Assembly (NCBI GenBank): GCA_963727485.1
Contig: CAVSGM010000001.1
Coordinates: forward strand, 640,001 to 704,000
Reading direction: 5' to 3'
DNA from: an uncultured delta proteobacterium
GTDB lineage: Bacteria; Myxococcota; Myxococcia; SLRQ01
DNA length: 64,000 nucleotides
Below the pieces are notes generated by a model, which made no database searches, was not told where the DNA came from, and worked only from the letters and a program-made list of their open reading frames with translations. Shown here piece after piece: positions 34,609-43,962 of this stretch. The position numbers were made by a program, and so were the translations under genes. Each line of letters opens with the position of its first letter. Position 1 is the first letter of the stretch.

Positions 34609-34718
34609 GACATCCCCCCTCGCCCCGAGCCTAGGACCCCGCGCCGAGGCGACCATGGCGGGGGATCCCGCGGGTGCGGGGATGCGCCCCCCGGGGACCG
34701 ACCCCAAGTTGCCCTGGG

Positions 34719-35810
34719 ATGTCCGACCCGAACCAGCCCGCGGCGGTGCCTGCCCCGCGACCCCGTGCCGCCACCGTGGCCCTGGTGATGGTGGCCACCG
34801 TCCTGGTGCTCGGGGCCCTGCGGATGGCGGCGTCGCTGATGCTGCCGCTCTCCCTCTCGCTCTTCCTGGTGGCGGTGTTCTGGCCCTTCCAGCGCCGGCT
34901 CCAGAAGCGGCTGCCCCGGTGGCTGGCGGTGGGCCTGGTCTTCGTCGGCTTCCTGGTGAGCGTGGCGATCCTGGTGGGCGCCGTGTGGCTCACCGTGGTC
35001 CTCATCGGCGACCGGGTCCCGCGCTACACCGACCTGTTCACCCGACGCATCGCCGAGGTCCGCCAGTGGGCCACGGGCCTGGGCCTGCTCCCGGCCGAGC
35101 TCCCGGTGAGCGCCCAGGGCATCCTCGGCTCCCTCCGGGACGCCGCGGTTCAGGTCACCGAGTGGGGCGTGAGCTTCGGGGGCGCCTTCGGCCTCACCGT
35201 CGGCTTCTTCTTCTTTGGCGTGCTGGAGCTCGGGAGCCTCCCCGAGCGCCTGCGCCGGGCCCTGCCGGGCCGGGACCCGGGGCAGCTCTTCCAGGTCATC
35301 GACGCCATCGGCACCGACCTGCTGCGCTACATGCTGGTGCGCACCGGCATCGGCCTGCTCACCGGGTCGCTGGTCGCCGTGGCCACCTTCGCCTTCGGCG
35401 TCGACCTGTGGATGATCTGGGGCCTGCTCGCCTTCCTCCTCAACTACATCCCCATCCTCGGCTCGGCCATCGCCGTGGTCCCACCGGTGCTCTTCGCCGC
35501 GGTCCAGACCGACGCCCTGGGCCCGGCGGCGCTCCTCCTGGGAGTGCTGGTGGGGATCCAGGTCGTGGTGGGCAACTACCTCGACCCCATGATCCAGGGC
35601 CGGTACCTGTCCCTCTCGCCCCTGGTGGTGCTCTTCTCGATCACCATCTGGGGCTTCGTCTGGGGGATCCTCGGCGCCTTCGTGGGGGTGCCCATCACCG
35701 TGGGCATCGCCGTCGCCTGCCACCAGTTCGAGCGCACCCGGTGGATCGCGGCCCTCCTAGGCGATCTGCCGGCCTCGCCCCATCGTGGATCGACGTCCTC
35801 CGGCGCCTAG
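34719..35810 (+). CDS. AI-2E family transporter
   Basis: Multi-pass membrane protein; WGLLAFLLNYIPILGS, LSPLVVLFS..WGFVWGILGAFVGVP. Confidence 0.9.
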   Translation: MSDPNQPAAVPAPRPRAATVALVMVATVLVLGALRMAASLMLPLSLSLFLVAVFWPFQRRLQKRLPRWLAVGLVFVGFLVSVAILVGAVWLTVVLIGDRVPRYTDLFTRRIAEVRQWATGLGLLPAELPVSAQGILGSLRDAAVQVTEWGVSFGGAFGLTVGFFFFGVLELGSLPERLRRALPGRDPGQLFQVIDAIGTDLLRYMLVRTGIGLLTGSLVAVATFAFGVDLWMIWGLLAFLLNYIPILGSAIAVVPPVLFAAVQTDALGPAALLLGVLVGIQVVVGNYLDPMIQGRYLSLSPLVVLFSITIWGFVWGILGAFVGVPITVGIAVACHQFERTRWIAALLGDLPASPHRGSTSSGA

Positions 35811-35857
35811 GCTTCGCACGGGGCGTGGTGACGCGCCCCCGGCCAAAGGAGTTGGCC

Positions 35858-36373
35858 ATGACCGCATCCCGCGTTCTCGTGCCCCTCGACGGCTCCACCC
35901 TCGCCCGGTCGATCCTCCCGGCCATGCGCCCCTTCGTGGACCCCGGACGCCACGAGATCATCCTGCTCCGGGTCGCCGAGCCCCTCGCCGGTCTCGCCGG
36001 CGCCCCCACCGAGGCCCTCGACGTGGGCCGGGGCCAGTCCCAGACCTTTGGTGCCGACGTCCTCGACCTCGCCGCGGGGGTCCAGGCCCACCGGGCGCCC
36101 CCGGCGTGGCCGCTGCTGCGCGAGCAGCTCCTCGCCGAGCTGGCGCCGGCGGTGGAGGCCCTGGAGGCCTGGGGCTACCCGGTCTCGGTGCGGGTGCGGT
36201 TCGGCACCCCGGCGCGGGAGATCATCGCCGCCGCCACCGAGCCGCCGGTCGATCTCATCGCCATGGCGACCCACGGCCGGACCGGATTGCTCGACGTGCT
36301 CATGGGCAGCGTCGCCCGCTCGGTGCTCCGCCACGCCGACGTGCCCATCCTGCTCCTGCGCCCCAAGGTCTAG
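35858..36373 (+). CDS. Universal stress protein
   Basis: VLVPLDGS, DLIAMATHGRTG...MGSVARSVLRHADVPILL. Confidence 0.92.
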   Translation: MTASRVLVPLDGSTLARSILPAMRPFVDPGRHEIILLRVAEPLAGLAGAPTEALDVGRGQSQTFGADVLDLAAGVQAHRAPPAWPLLREQLLAELAPAVEALEAWGYPVSVRVRFGTPAREIIAAATEPPVDLIAMATHGRTGLLDVLMGSVARSVLRHADVPILLLRPKV

Positions 36374-36390
36374 GCGCCGCCCCCCGCGCC

Positions 36391-37744
36391 TCAGGGGAAC
36401 GCCTGGGCGCAGCGGGCCGCCTCCGCCGCGTCGACCTTGGCCTCGGGGAGGATGGGGATCGACAGGTCGGGGTGGGCGAAGTCGAAGAGGTCGTAGAGGG
36501 GGTCGGCGTTGGCGTCGCGCCGGGTCATCGCCGGGAGCCCGAAGCGCGCCTCGACGAAGCGCAGGATGCTGGTGTGGCCGACCACCACGTGGCTCACGTA
36601 GTGGCGCTTCGCATAGGGCGAGACCACGATGAGAGGCACCCGGAAGCCGAAGCGGTCGAAGGCCCCCGGGGGGTCTTTGGCCTCGAGCTTGGGCGCCAGG
36701 TCGTCCGGGACGCAGGCCTTGGGCGGGGGCACGTGGTCGTAGTAGCCGCCGTGCTCGTCGTAGGTGATGAAGATCGCCGTGTGGGCCCACTGGGGCGAGT
36801 GCATCACCGCGTCGACCACCTTGGCCACGAACGCCTGGCCGAGCTGCATGTCCCCCGGCGGGTGCTCGTCGGTGCGGGTGCCGCGGCCGTTGTAGTCGGC
36901 CTCCACGAAGGCTCACCGGTGGCAGGGTCCCGGCGGCGGCGTCGGCGAGGAAGTCGGTGATGGTCTTCAGCTTGTCCGGGTCGTCGACGTAGATCTGGGG
37001 GAGCATGAGGACCGTGGCCGCGGAGTCGCTGTAGTCCTTCCAGTCGACCTTGGCGTGGTCCAGCTCGTTCCAGAGGTTGGGGTAGGGGTCGCCCAGGGGG
37101 TCGTTGCTCGGAGGCACGACGTTTCGTGTCAGCCCGTAGCTGGTGGCCGCCATGAAGTAGAGGCGGTTCGGCCAGGTGGGCCCGAGGAGCGAGGCGAAGC
37201 TCCGGTCGCTGATGGCGAAGGCCTGGGAGAGCGCGTAGTAGAAGGGCAGGTCGGAGCTGTCGTACCAACCCAGGGCCCGGACGCCGTCGGGGTTGGCCTC
37301 GCCGACGAAGCCGTCGTTCTTGCCGTCGTCGTACTGGTGGTGGCAGGCCCGCCAGGAGTGGGGGAGGTCGCCCACGCAGTAGGCGGTCTCGTGGTAGCGG
37401 GCGACGTCGGTGCCCGTGGCCGGGTCGGGGTTGGTGGCGGTCTCGGCGGCGCCGTCCACCCCCGGGAGGTGGCTGTAGTAGTGGTCGAAGCTCTCGTTCT
37501 CCTGCATCACCAGGACGACGTGGTCGATGGGGATCGCCTTGCCCGTGGGCCAGCTCGCCGCCAGGGTGTCGGCGGCCAGGGCGCCGCGGCCGAAGGTGCA
37601 CGCCGCTCGGGCCTTGGCCGCGGCGGCGACGGTGAGCCCCGCCGGCGGCGGCGGGGGGGCGGTCTTCGAGCCGCAGGCGGCGAGCCCAAGGGCGGCGAGG
37701 AGGAGGGCGGCGAGGCGAAGACGACGCAAGGGGATCCCCGGCAT
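36391..37744 (-). CDS. Lipoprotein phospholipase C/phosphoesterase, frameshift near 36911
   Basis: LAA-C lipobox; IDHVVLVMQENESFDHY, GPTWPNRLY, DEHPP, ITYDEHGGYYDHVPPP, GFRVP. Confidence 0.88.
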
Positions 37745-37781
37745 TTCCGCGGCCCCCGGGGGCGATGCTAGGCTCTCGGCG

Positions 37782-38945
37782 ATGAGCCCCGGGCGCGCGT
37801 GGGTGGAGGCACTCGATTCACGGCTGGAGACGGCCACGGTCGACGGTACCACGCCCGGTGCCGCCTGCGTGGTGCTCCGGGGCGGGGTGCCGCTTCACCA
37901 GAGCGCCCACGGCATCACCTGCATCCGACCCGCCGCCGCCGCCCGGCCGGTGACCCTCGACACCTTCTTCGACGTCGCCTCCCTCACCAAGGTGATGGCG
38001 ACCACCGCGGTGGCCATGCAGCTCGTGGCCGAGGGCCGCCTCGACCTCGAGGCAACCGTGGCCGCGGTGCTCCCCGCCTTCGCCCGCGCCGGCAAGGCCG
38101 AGGTGACCGTCGCCGACCTCCTCGCCCACCGCTCGGGGCTGCCGGCCTGGCGACCCTGGTGGGAGAAGGCCGCCGCCGATCCCCTGAGCCGGGGCCTCTT
38201 CGCCGCCCCCGCCGAGCGCCCCGCCGGCGACACCCGGGTCCGGGCGGTGCGACGTGCCCGGGCGCTGACCGCCGAGGCGGTCCTCGCCGAGCCCCTGGAG
38301 GCGGCCCCCGGCGACCGGGCGGTCTACAGCGACGCCGGGTTCATCGCCCTGGCCCTGGCCCTGGAGGCGGCGGCGGGCGAGCCCCTCCACCGGCGCTTCG
38401 CCCGCACCGTCGCTGCGCCGCTGGGCCTCGCCGCCCGCTTCGTCGACGAGGCCCGCCCCGATCGCCCGTCGCCCGTCGCCGCCACCCGCGAGGCCCCGAG
38501 CCGCGACGGCGCCACCCTCCTCGGCGAGGTCGACGACGACAACGCCTACGCCCTCGGCGGCGTCGCCGGCCACGCGGGGCTCTTCGCCCGGGCCGCCGAC
38601 GTCGCCGCCTTCGGCGAGGCCCTCCGCCGGACCCACGGGGGCGAGGCGGGGGTCTTCGATCCCGAGGTGGTCCGCCACTTCCTCCGCCGCGACGCCGCCA
38701 CCCCGGGGAGCACCCGGGCGCTGGGCTTCGACACCCCCTCGGCCGAGGGCTCCACCGCCGGCCAGCGCCTCTCGCGCACCGGGAGCTTCGGCCACCTGGG
38801 CTTCACCGGCACCAGCCTCTGGATCGACCTGGAGGCACAGCTGGTGGTGGCGCTCCTCACCAACCGGGTGCACGTCGGCGCCGACCCCGCTAGGATCCGC
38901 GCCCTGCGCGCCGAGGTCGCCGACCTCGCCGCCGACGCCCCCTGA
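37782..38945 (+). CDS. Serine hydrolase, beta-lactamase class C-like family
   Basis: FDVASLTK (SxxK), YSD, GHAGLF, GHLGFTGTSLWID. Confidence 0.9.
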   Translation: MSPGRAWVEALDSRLETATVDGTTPGAACVVLRGGVPLHQSAHGITCIRPAAAARPVTLDTFFDVASLTKVMATTAVAMQLVAEGRLDLEATVAAVLPAFARAGKAEVTVADLLAHRSGLPAWRPWWEKAAADPLSRGLFAAPAERPAGDTRVRAVRRARALTAEAVLAEPLEAAPGDRAVYSDAGFIALALALEAAAGEPLHRRFARTVAAPLGLAARFVDEARPDRPSPVAATREAPSRDGATLLGEVDDDNAYALGGVAGHAGLFARAADVAAFGEALRRTHGGEAGVFDPEVVRHFLRRDAATPGSTRALGFDTPSAEGSTAGQRLSRTGSFGHLGFTGTSLWIDLEAQLVVALLTNRVHVGADPARIRALRAEVADLAADAP

Positions 38946-38972
38946 CCCCCCGCGCGACCCCCGACGCCCCCC

Positions 38973-40433
38973 ATGCCGACCCTGACCCCGAGCTCTCCCG
39001 ACTCGCCGCCCATCGATCCCGAGGCGGTCAGGACCGTCCACCTCATGGCCATCGCCGGCACCGGGATGGGCGCCTTCGCCCGCCTCCTCCAGGAGGCCGG
39101 CTACCAGGTCCGCGGCTCCGACGAGAAGGTCTGGCCCCCGATGTCCGACCTCCTGCGCGCCGCGGGGATCCGGTGGATGGAGGGCTTCCGGCCGGAGAAC
39201 CTGGAGCCGCCCCCGGACCTGGTGATCGTGGGCAACGTCATTCGCCGGGTGAACCCCGAGGCCCAGGCGATGCGCGACCGGCACCTGCCCCACCTCTCGT
39301 TCCCCGAGGCCCTCGGGGCGCTCTTCCTCGAGGGGCGCCACAGCGTGGTCGTCGCCGGCACCCACGGCAAGACCACCACCAGCACCCTCGTCGCCTGGCT
39401 CCTCCACCACAACCGCCGCGACCCGTCGTTCCTGGTGGGCGGGGTGGGGCAGAACCTCGGCGACTCGGCGCGACTCGGCGGCGGGCCCCACTTCGTGGTC
39501 GAGGGCGACGAGTACGACACCGCCTACTTCGACAAGGGTCCCAAGCTCCTCCACTACCGGCCGCGGAGCGCCATCCTCACCTCCATCGAGCTCGACCACG
39601 CGGACATCTACCGGGACCTCGCCCACTACGTCTCCGCCTTCGAGCGCTTCGTGGCGCTGCTTCCCGAGGACGGATTTCTCGCCGCCTGGGCCGGGAGCGA
39701 CCGGGTCCTGGCGGTGGCGCGCCGGTGCCCGGGGACGGTGGAGACCTACGCGGCGCGGGACGGCGTCGACGCCGACTGGACCGCCGGCGACCTGGTCCTC
39801 GGCGCCGACGGCGCCCGGTTCCGGCTCGTCCACCGGGGCGAGGACCTGGGCGAGATGCACCTGCCCCTCGGCGGCCGGCACAACGTGGAGAACGCGCTGG
39901 GCGCCGCGGCGGTGGCCACGCGCCTGGGCCTGACCCCCGAGGAGATCGCCGCGGGGCTGGCCACCTTCGAGGGGGTCCGCCGGCGCCAGGAGATCCGCGG
40001 CGAGCCCGATGGCGTCACGGTGATCGACGACTTCGCCCACCACCCCACGGCGGTGGCCGAGACGGTCCAGGCGATCCGCAGCCGCTACCCGGGGCGGCGC
40101 CTGTGGGCGGTGTTCGAGCCGCGCAGCAACACCGCCCGGCGCAATCTCTACCAGGCGCGCTACGCCGAGGCCTTCGACGGCGCCGACCAGGTGGTGATCT
40201 CCGCGCCGCCGCCCCACCCGGACCCCATCCCCGAGGCCGAGCGCTTCGATCCGCCGGGGCTGGCGGAGGCCCTGCGCGCCCGGGGCCTCGAGGCCCGGCA
40301 CCTCGCGGGCCCCGAGGCCATCCTCGAGGCCCTGGTCGCCGAGACGAACCCGGGCGACGTGGTCCTGCTCATGTCCAACGGCGCCTTCGGGGGGCTCCCG
40401 GCGCGACTCGTCGAGGCCCTGGCGGCCCGATGA
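38973..40433 (+). CDS. mpl: Murein peptide ligase Mpl (MurC-like)
   Basis: IAGTGMG, GTHGKTTT, VEGDEYDTAYFDK, DDFAHHPT, FEPRSNT, MSNGAFGG. Confidence 0.88.
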   Translation: MPTLTPSSPDSPPIDPEAVRTVHLMAIAGTGMGAFARLLQEAGYQVRGSDEKVWPPMSDLLRAAGIRWMEGFRPENLEPPPDLVIVGNVIRRVNPEAQAMRDRHLPHLSFPEALGALFLEGRHSVVVAGTHGKTTTSTLVAWLLHHNRRDPSFLVGGVGQNLGDSARLGGGPHFVVEGDEYDTAYFDKGPKLLHYRPRSAILTSIELDHADIYRDLAHYVSAFERFVALLPEDGFLAAWAGSDRVLAVARRCPGTVETYAARDGVDADWTAGDLVLGADGARFRLVHRGEDLGEMHLPLGGRHNVENALGAAAVATRLGLTPEEIAAGLATFEGVRRRQEIRGEPDGVTVIDDFAHHPTAVAETVQAIRSRYPGRRLWAVFEPRSNTARRNLYQARYAEAFDGADQVVISAPPPHPDPIPEAERFDPPGLAEALRARGLEARHLAGPEAILEALVAETNPGDVVLLMSNGAFGGLPARLVEALAAR

Positions 40434-41059
40434 CCCGCCGGGGCCAGGTGGCCGGCGCGGTCCTGGCCGTCCTCCTCGTCGCCAGCTGCGCCCACCTCCG
40501 GCCCCCCGAGCGCCTGCCCCTGGGCGCGCCCTTCCACCTGGCGGTGCAGGACCTCCACGGCCACCGGGTGGTGCTCCGGGGGACGCCCGGGAAGGTCACG
40601 GTGGTGGTCTTCTGGGCGAGCTGGTGCGCCCGGTGCCAGGGCCGCCTCGCCGACGCCCGGCGCCTCACCGCGCCCGACACCGACGCCTCGGTGGTGGCGG
40701 TGAACCTCGACGCCGACCCGCGCTTCACCGCCTGGGACGCGCGGCGCCTGAAGCTCCCGGCGCCGGTCTACCGGGACCCGGGCGCCCGGGCGGCGACGGC
40801 CCTCGGGGTGCGCACCCTGCCCACGGTGCTCTTCATCGGCCGCCACGGCCGCCTGGTCCGCACCGTCGAGGGGGTCCACGCCGACGCCACCTGGCGCCTG
40901 CGCCGGGCCCTGGCCCGGGTGCTGGCTGGCGATGGGCGGGCACAGCCCCTATCCTCCAGCCCCCCATGGCCGATGATCCCCAGACCCTCCTCGACGTCGC
41001 CCTCGCCGCCGCCCGCCGCGGGGGCGAGATCCTCCTCGCCCGCTACCGCGGCCCCCTGA
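40430..41059 (+). CDS. TlpA-like thioredoxin lipoprotein (3' end uncertain, overlaps suhB)
   Basis: LVAS-C lipobox; FWASWCARC; GVRTLPT. Confidence 0.75.
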   Translation: MTRRGQVAGAVLAVLLVASCAHLRPPERLPLGAPFHLAVQDLHGHRVVLRGTPGKVTVVVFWASWCARCQGRLADARRLTAPDTDASVVAVNLDADPRFTAWDARRLKLPAPVYRDPGARAATALGVRTLPTVLFIGRHGRLVRTVEGVHADATWRLRRALARVLAGDGRAQPLSSSPPWPMIPRPSSTSPSPPPAAGARSSSPATAAP

Positions 41060-41757
41060 GGGTCGACACCAAGACCAGCCGCCGGGACCTGGTCACCGAC
41101 GCCGACCGCGCCAGCGAGGCCGCCATCGCCGAGCTGCTCCGGGCGCGGCGCCCGGGCGACGACCTCCTCGCCGAGGAGGGCACCCGGGAGGGGCACGAGG
41201 CGGCCCTGCGCTGGGTCTTCGATCCCCTCGACGGCACCGTGAACTTCGCCCAGGGCCTCCCCCACTGGTGCGTGTCGGTGGCGGTGGAGGACGCCGACGG
41301 GCCGGTGGCCGGGGTGGTCCACAATCCGCTCCGGGGCGAGACCTTCGCCGCCGCCCGGGGCCACGGCGCCACCCTCGACGGCGCGCCAATCCAGGTGACC
41401 GGCACCAAGGCCCTCGAGGACGCGATCCTCGCCACCGGCTTCTCCTACGACAGCGGGCTGCGCGCCGAGAACCTCCGGCGCCTCGACCGGGTGCTGGTGG
41501 AGATCCGGGGCATCCGGCGCCTGGGGTCGGCGGCCCTCGACCTCGCCTACGTGGCCTGCGGGCGCCTCGACGGCTTCTGGGAGCTGGGGCTGTCGCGGTG
41601 GGACGTCGCCGCCGGGGTGCTCCTGGTCCGCGAGGCCGGGGGCCGGGTCACGGGCCTCGACGACGACGCCAATCCCCTGGACACCGGGCGCCTCCTGGCC
41701 GCCGGCAAGGCGCTGCACCCGGTGCTCCGCCGGGCGGTCTCGGGGCCCGGGCGGTGA
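40966..41757 (+). CDS. suhB: Inositol monophosphatase family protein
   Basis: DLVTDADRASE, WVFDPLDGTVNF, RRLGSAALDL, WDVAAG. Confidence 0.9.
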   Translation: MADDPQTLLDVALAAARRGGEILLARYRGPLRVDTKTSRRDLVTDADRASEAAIAELLRARRPGDDLLAEEGTREGHEAALRWVFDPLDGTVNFAQGLPHWCVSVAVEDADGPVAGVVHNPLRGETFAAARGHGATLDGAPIQVTGTKALEDAILATGFSYDSGLRAENLRRLDRVLVEIRGIRRLGSAALDLAYVACGRLDGFWELGLSRWDVAAGVLLVREAGGRVTGLDDDANPLDTGRLLAAGKALHPVLRRAVSGPGR

Positions 41758-42656
41758 GGCCCCGCGCCGCCGCCGCCGCGCTCCTCGCGGGGCTCGTGTG
41801 CCTTGCGGCCTGCGGGTCGAGGGCGCCCACGGTGGTCACCGCCCCGGACGCCGCGCGCACCGGCGACGCCGGGGCCGACGGGCCCTTCGGCGCGGCCTTC
41901 GTCCGGGCCCGGACCCAGGCGCGCCTCTCGGAGCAGGTGGCCTACGAGGTCGACTACCCGGCCGCCGCCGACGGCACCCCGGACGCCGCCGGCGCCCCCG
42001 ACCCGGTGGTGGTCCTGGAGCAGGGGGGGCTGGTGGCGCCGCAGCGCTACCGGTGGCTCGCCGCCCACCTCGCCACCCGGGGCTACGTGGTGGTCCTCGC
42101 CGACCACACCGCCGACCTCGCCATCACCCAGGTCGACAACGGCCGCCTCGCCCTCGACGCGGTCGTCGGGGGCCGGGGCCCGGCGGCGGCCCTGGTGGCG
42201 CCAGCGGGGCCGGTGGCGGTGATCGGCCACTCCCTGGGCGGGGTGGTGGGCACCTGGGAGTGGCTCGCCGACGACCGGCTCACGGCGCTCGGCCTCCTGG
42301 CCAGCTACCCCCAGGACGGCGACCCGGTGGGCAATCGGGCGGGGAGCCCGGAGCTCTCGCTCGCGGGCACGGACGACGGACAGGCCTCGGTGGCCGACGT
42401 CCGCGCCGGCTTCGGGCGCTTCTCGGCCCCGAAGGTCCTGGGGGTGGTCTCGGGGATGACCCACTTCGCCTGGACCGACAATCCCAGCGCCTCGGAGCGG
42501 GCGAAGGACGGGCAGCTCGGCCGGCCCCTGGCCGAGGTGCGGCGCGACGCCCTCGGGCTCCTCGACACCTGGCTCGACGCGGTCCTCCGCCACGACCCCG
42601 CGGCCGAGCAGCGCCTGGCCACCGGGACCTTCCCCGGGGTGGCGGTGACCCGATGA
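41754..42656 (+). CDS. Lipoprotein alpha/beta hydrolase (chlorophyllase/cutinase-like fold)
   Basis: LAA-C lipobox; YRWLAAHLATRGYVV; GHSLGG; GTDD; GMTH. Confidence 0.8.
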   Translation: MRPRAAAAALLAGLVCLAACGSRAPTVVTAPDAARTGDAGADGPFGAAFVRARTQARLSEQVAYEVDYPAAADGTPDAAGAPDPVVVLEQGGLVAPQRYRWLAAHLATRGYVVVLADHTADLAITQVDNGRLALDAVVGGRGPAAALVAPAGPVAVIGHSLGGVVGTWEWLADDRLTALGLLASYPQDGDPVGNRAGSPELSLAGTDDGQASVADVRAGFGRFSAPKVLGVVSGMTHFAWTDNPSASERAKDGQLGRPLAEVRRDALGLLDTWLDAVLRHDPAAEQRLATGTFPGVAVTR

Positions 42657-43237
42657 GGTGCCGCCGCGCCAACCTGGCCGCCTTCGCCTTGGCCCTCGTC
42701 CTCGCCGCGCCCGCCGTGGCCCACGCCAATCCGCTGACCCTGCGCCTCCCGGCGCCGCCGACCCGGGGCGTGACCCTGGCCCTCGGCGCGCCGACCCTCT
42801 CCGCCGGCGGCTGGCTCACGCCGCACCTGGGCCTCGCCGTCTCCTGGCGCCTCCCGGCGGTGAGCGTGGAGGTGGCGGGGGCGTTGCGGGGGGGGCTCCT
42901 CGGCGGCGACCGGGGCTTCGGCGTCGATGCCGTCGCCGACGCGGGCCTGGTGGTGCCCCAGCTCACCCTCGGCGCCGCCGTGGAGGTGGGGGGCAGCGTC
43001 CGGGGCCGGTGGCGGGGCGCGTGGCTCGACGTGGGCCTCGGGATCTCCGGGGCGGTGGCGGCGGGGTGGGCCGGGGGCTTCGGGGTCCGGGCGCCGCTGC
43101 GTCTCGAGCCCTCGGTGGCCCTGACCTTCGGGCGCCTCTCGGTGGGCCTCGCCGGCGGGGCCGGCCTCACCTTCGTCGCCGGCCTCCATCCGTCCTGGGC
43201 CCTCGAGGGCGCGGTCTTCGCCGCCTGGCGGCTCTGA
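42653..43237 (+). CDS. Exported protein, possible small outer-membrane beta-barrel
   Basis: AHA signal peptide; alternating Gly/hydrophobic strands; ends FAAWRL. Confidence 0.5.
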   Translation: MRCRRANLAAFALALVLAAPAVAHANPLTLRLPAPPTRGVTLALGAPTLSAGGWLTPHLGLAVSWRLPAVSVEVAGALRGGLLGGDRGFGVDAVADAGLVVPQLTLGAAVEVGGSVRGRWRGAWLDVGLGISGAVAAGWAGGFGVRAPLRLEPSVALTFGRLSVGLAGGAGLTFVAGLHPSWALEGAVFAAWRL

Positions 43238-43341
43238 GCGCGCGAAGGCGGGCCGAATCCGGCTGCCGGTTCCTTGCTTCGGCCCCTGGCGCGCATCAAT
43301 ATGAAGGGAGCGCCAGGGGGCGCTACTTCCCGGGGGGGAGC

Positions 43342-43932
43342 ATGTCGGAGACGCTCGTACTCGATGCCGAGGGCCGCTTCAGCGGTGACGGCGACGCCGA
43401 GCGCCAGCTCCAGGGCCGCGCCGGCCCCTGGCGGCTGGTGCCCACCAGCCAGGACCTCCTGGTCCTCCACCGCGAGCGCCCCTCGGGCACCGGCGACGGG
43501 CCCCGGGTGGTGGTCTGCGGGGACGTCTCGGGCTTCGGCCTCGGGGACCTCCTCGCCGCCCTGGGCATGGGCCGGTGGACCGGGGTGGTGCGGGTCCGCG
43601 CCGGTGAGGTGGAGCGTGAGCTGGGCCTGCGCCAGGGGCGGGTGGTCCAGGCCTTCTCCAACAATCCCGAGGACGCCCTCGACGCGGTCCTCGCCCGGGC
43701 CCGCCTCGGCCGCGCCCGGCGCCCGCGCCCCGCGGAGCTCGCCCAGGCGGTGCGCCGGCAGGCCGAGGAGATCTTCTGCGCCCTGCTCCGGATGGCGCCG
43801 GGGGTCTTCTTCCTGGTCGACGCGCCGGTGTGCGCCGCCTCGGGCGTCGATCTGGAGCTCGACCACCTGCTCCTCGAGGCCCTGCGCCGGCAGGACGAAG
43901 CCGGGCGCGACCGGGCCGCCGCCGGACGCTAG
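43342..43932 (+). CDS. DUF4388 (PATAN-like) protein, short
   Basis: GDVSGFGLGDLLAALGMGRWTGVVRV...LDHLLLEALRRQDE. Confidence 0.75.
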   Translation: MSETLVLDAEGRFSGDGDAERQLQGRAGPWRLVPTSQDLLVLHRERPSGTGDGPRVVVCGDVSGFGLGDLLAALGMGRWTGVVRVRAGEVERELGLRQGRVVQAFSNNPEDALDAVLARARLGRARRPRPAELAQAVRRQAEEIFCALLRMAPGVFFLVDAPVCAASGVDLELDHLLLEALRRQDEAGRDRAAAGR

Positions 43933-43962
43933 GCCGAGGTTGCCACCGCGGCCGTCCGGGGC

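Noticed and set aside
37782..38945. Beta-lactam resistance gene
   Set aside because: Only family-level SxxK similarity; no obvious signal peptide, and the mpl context favours cell-wall recycling
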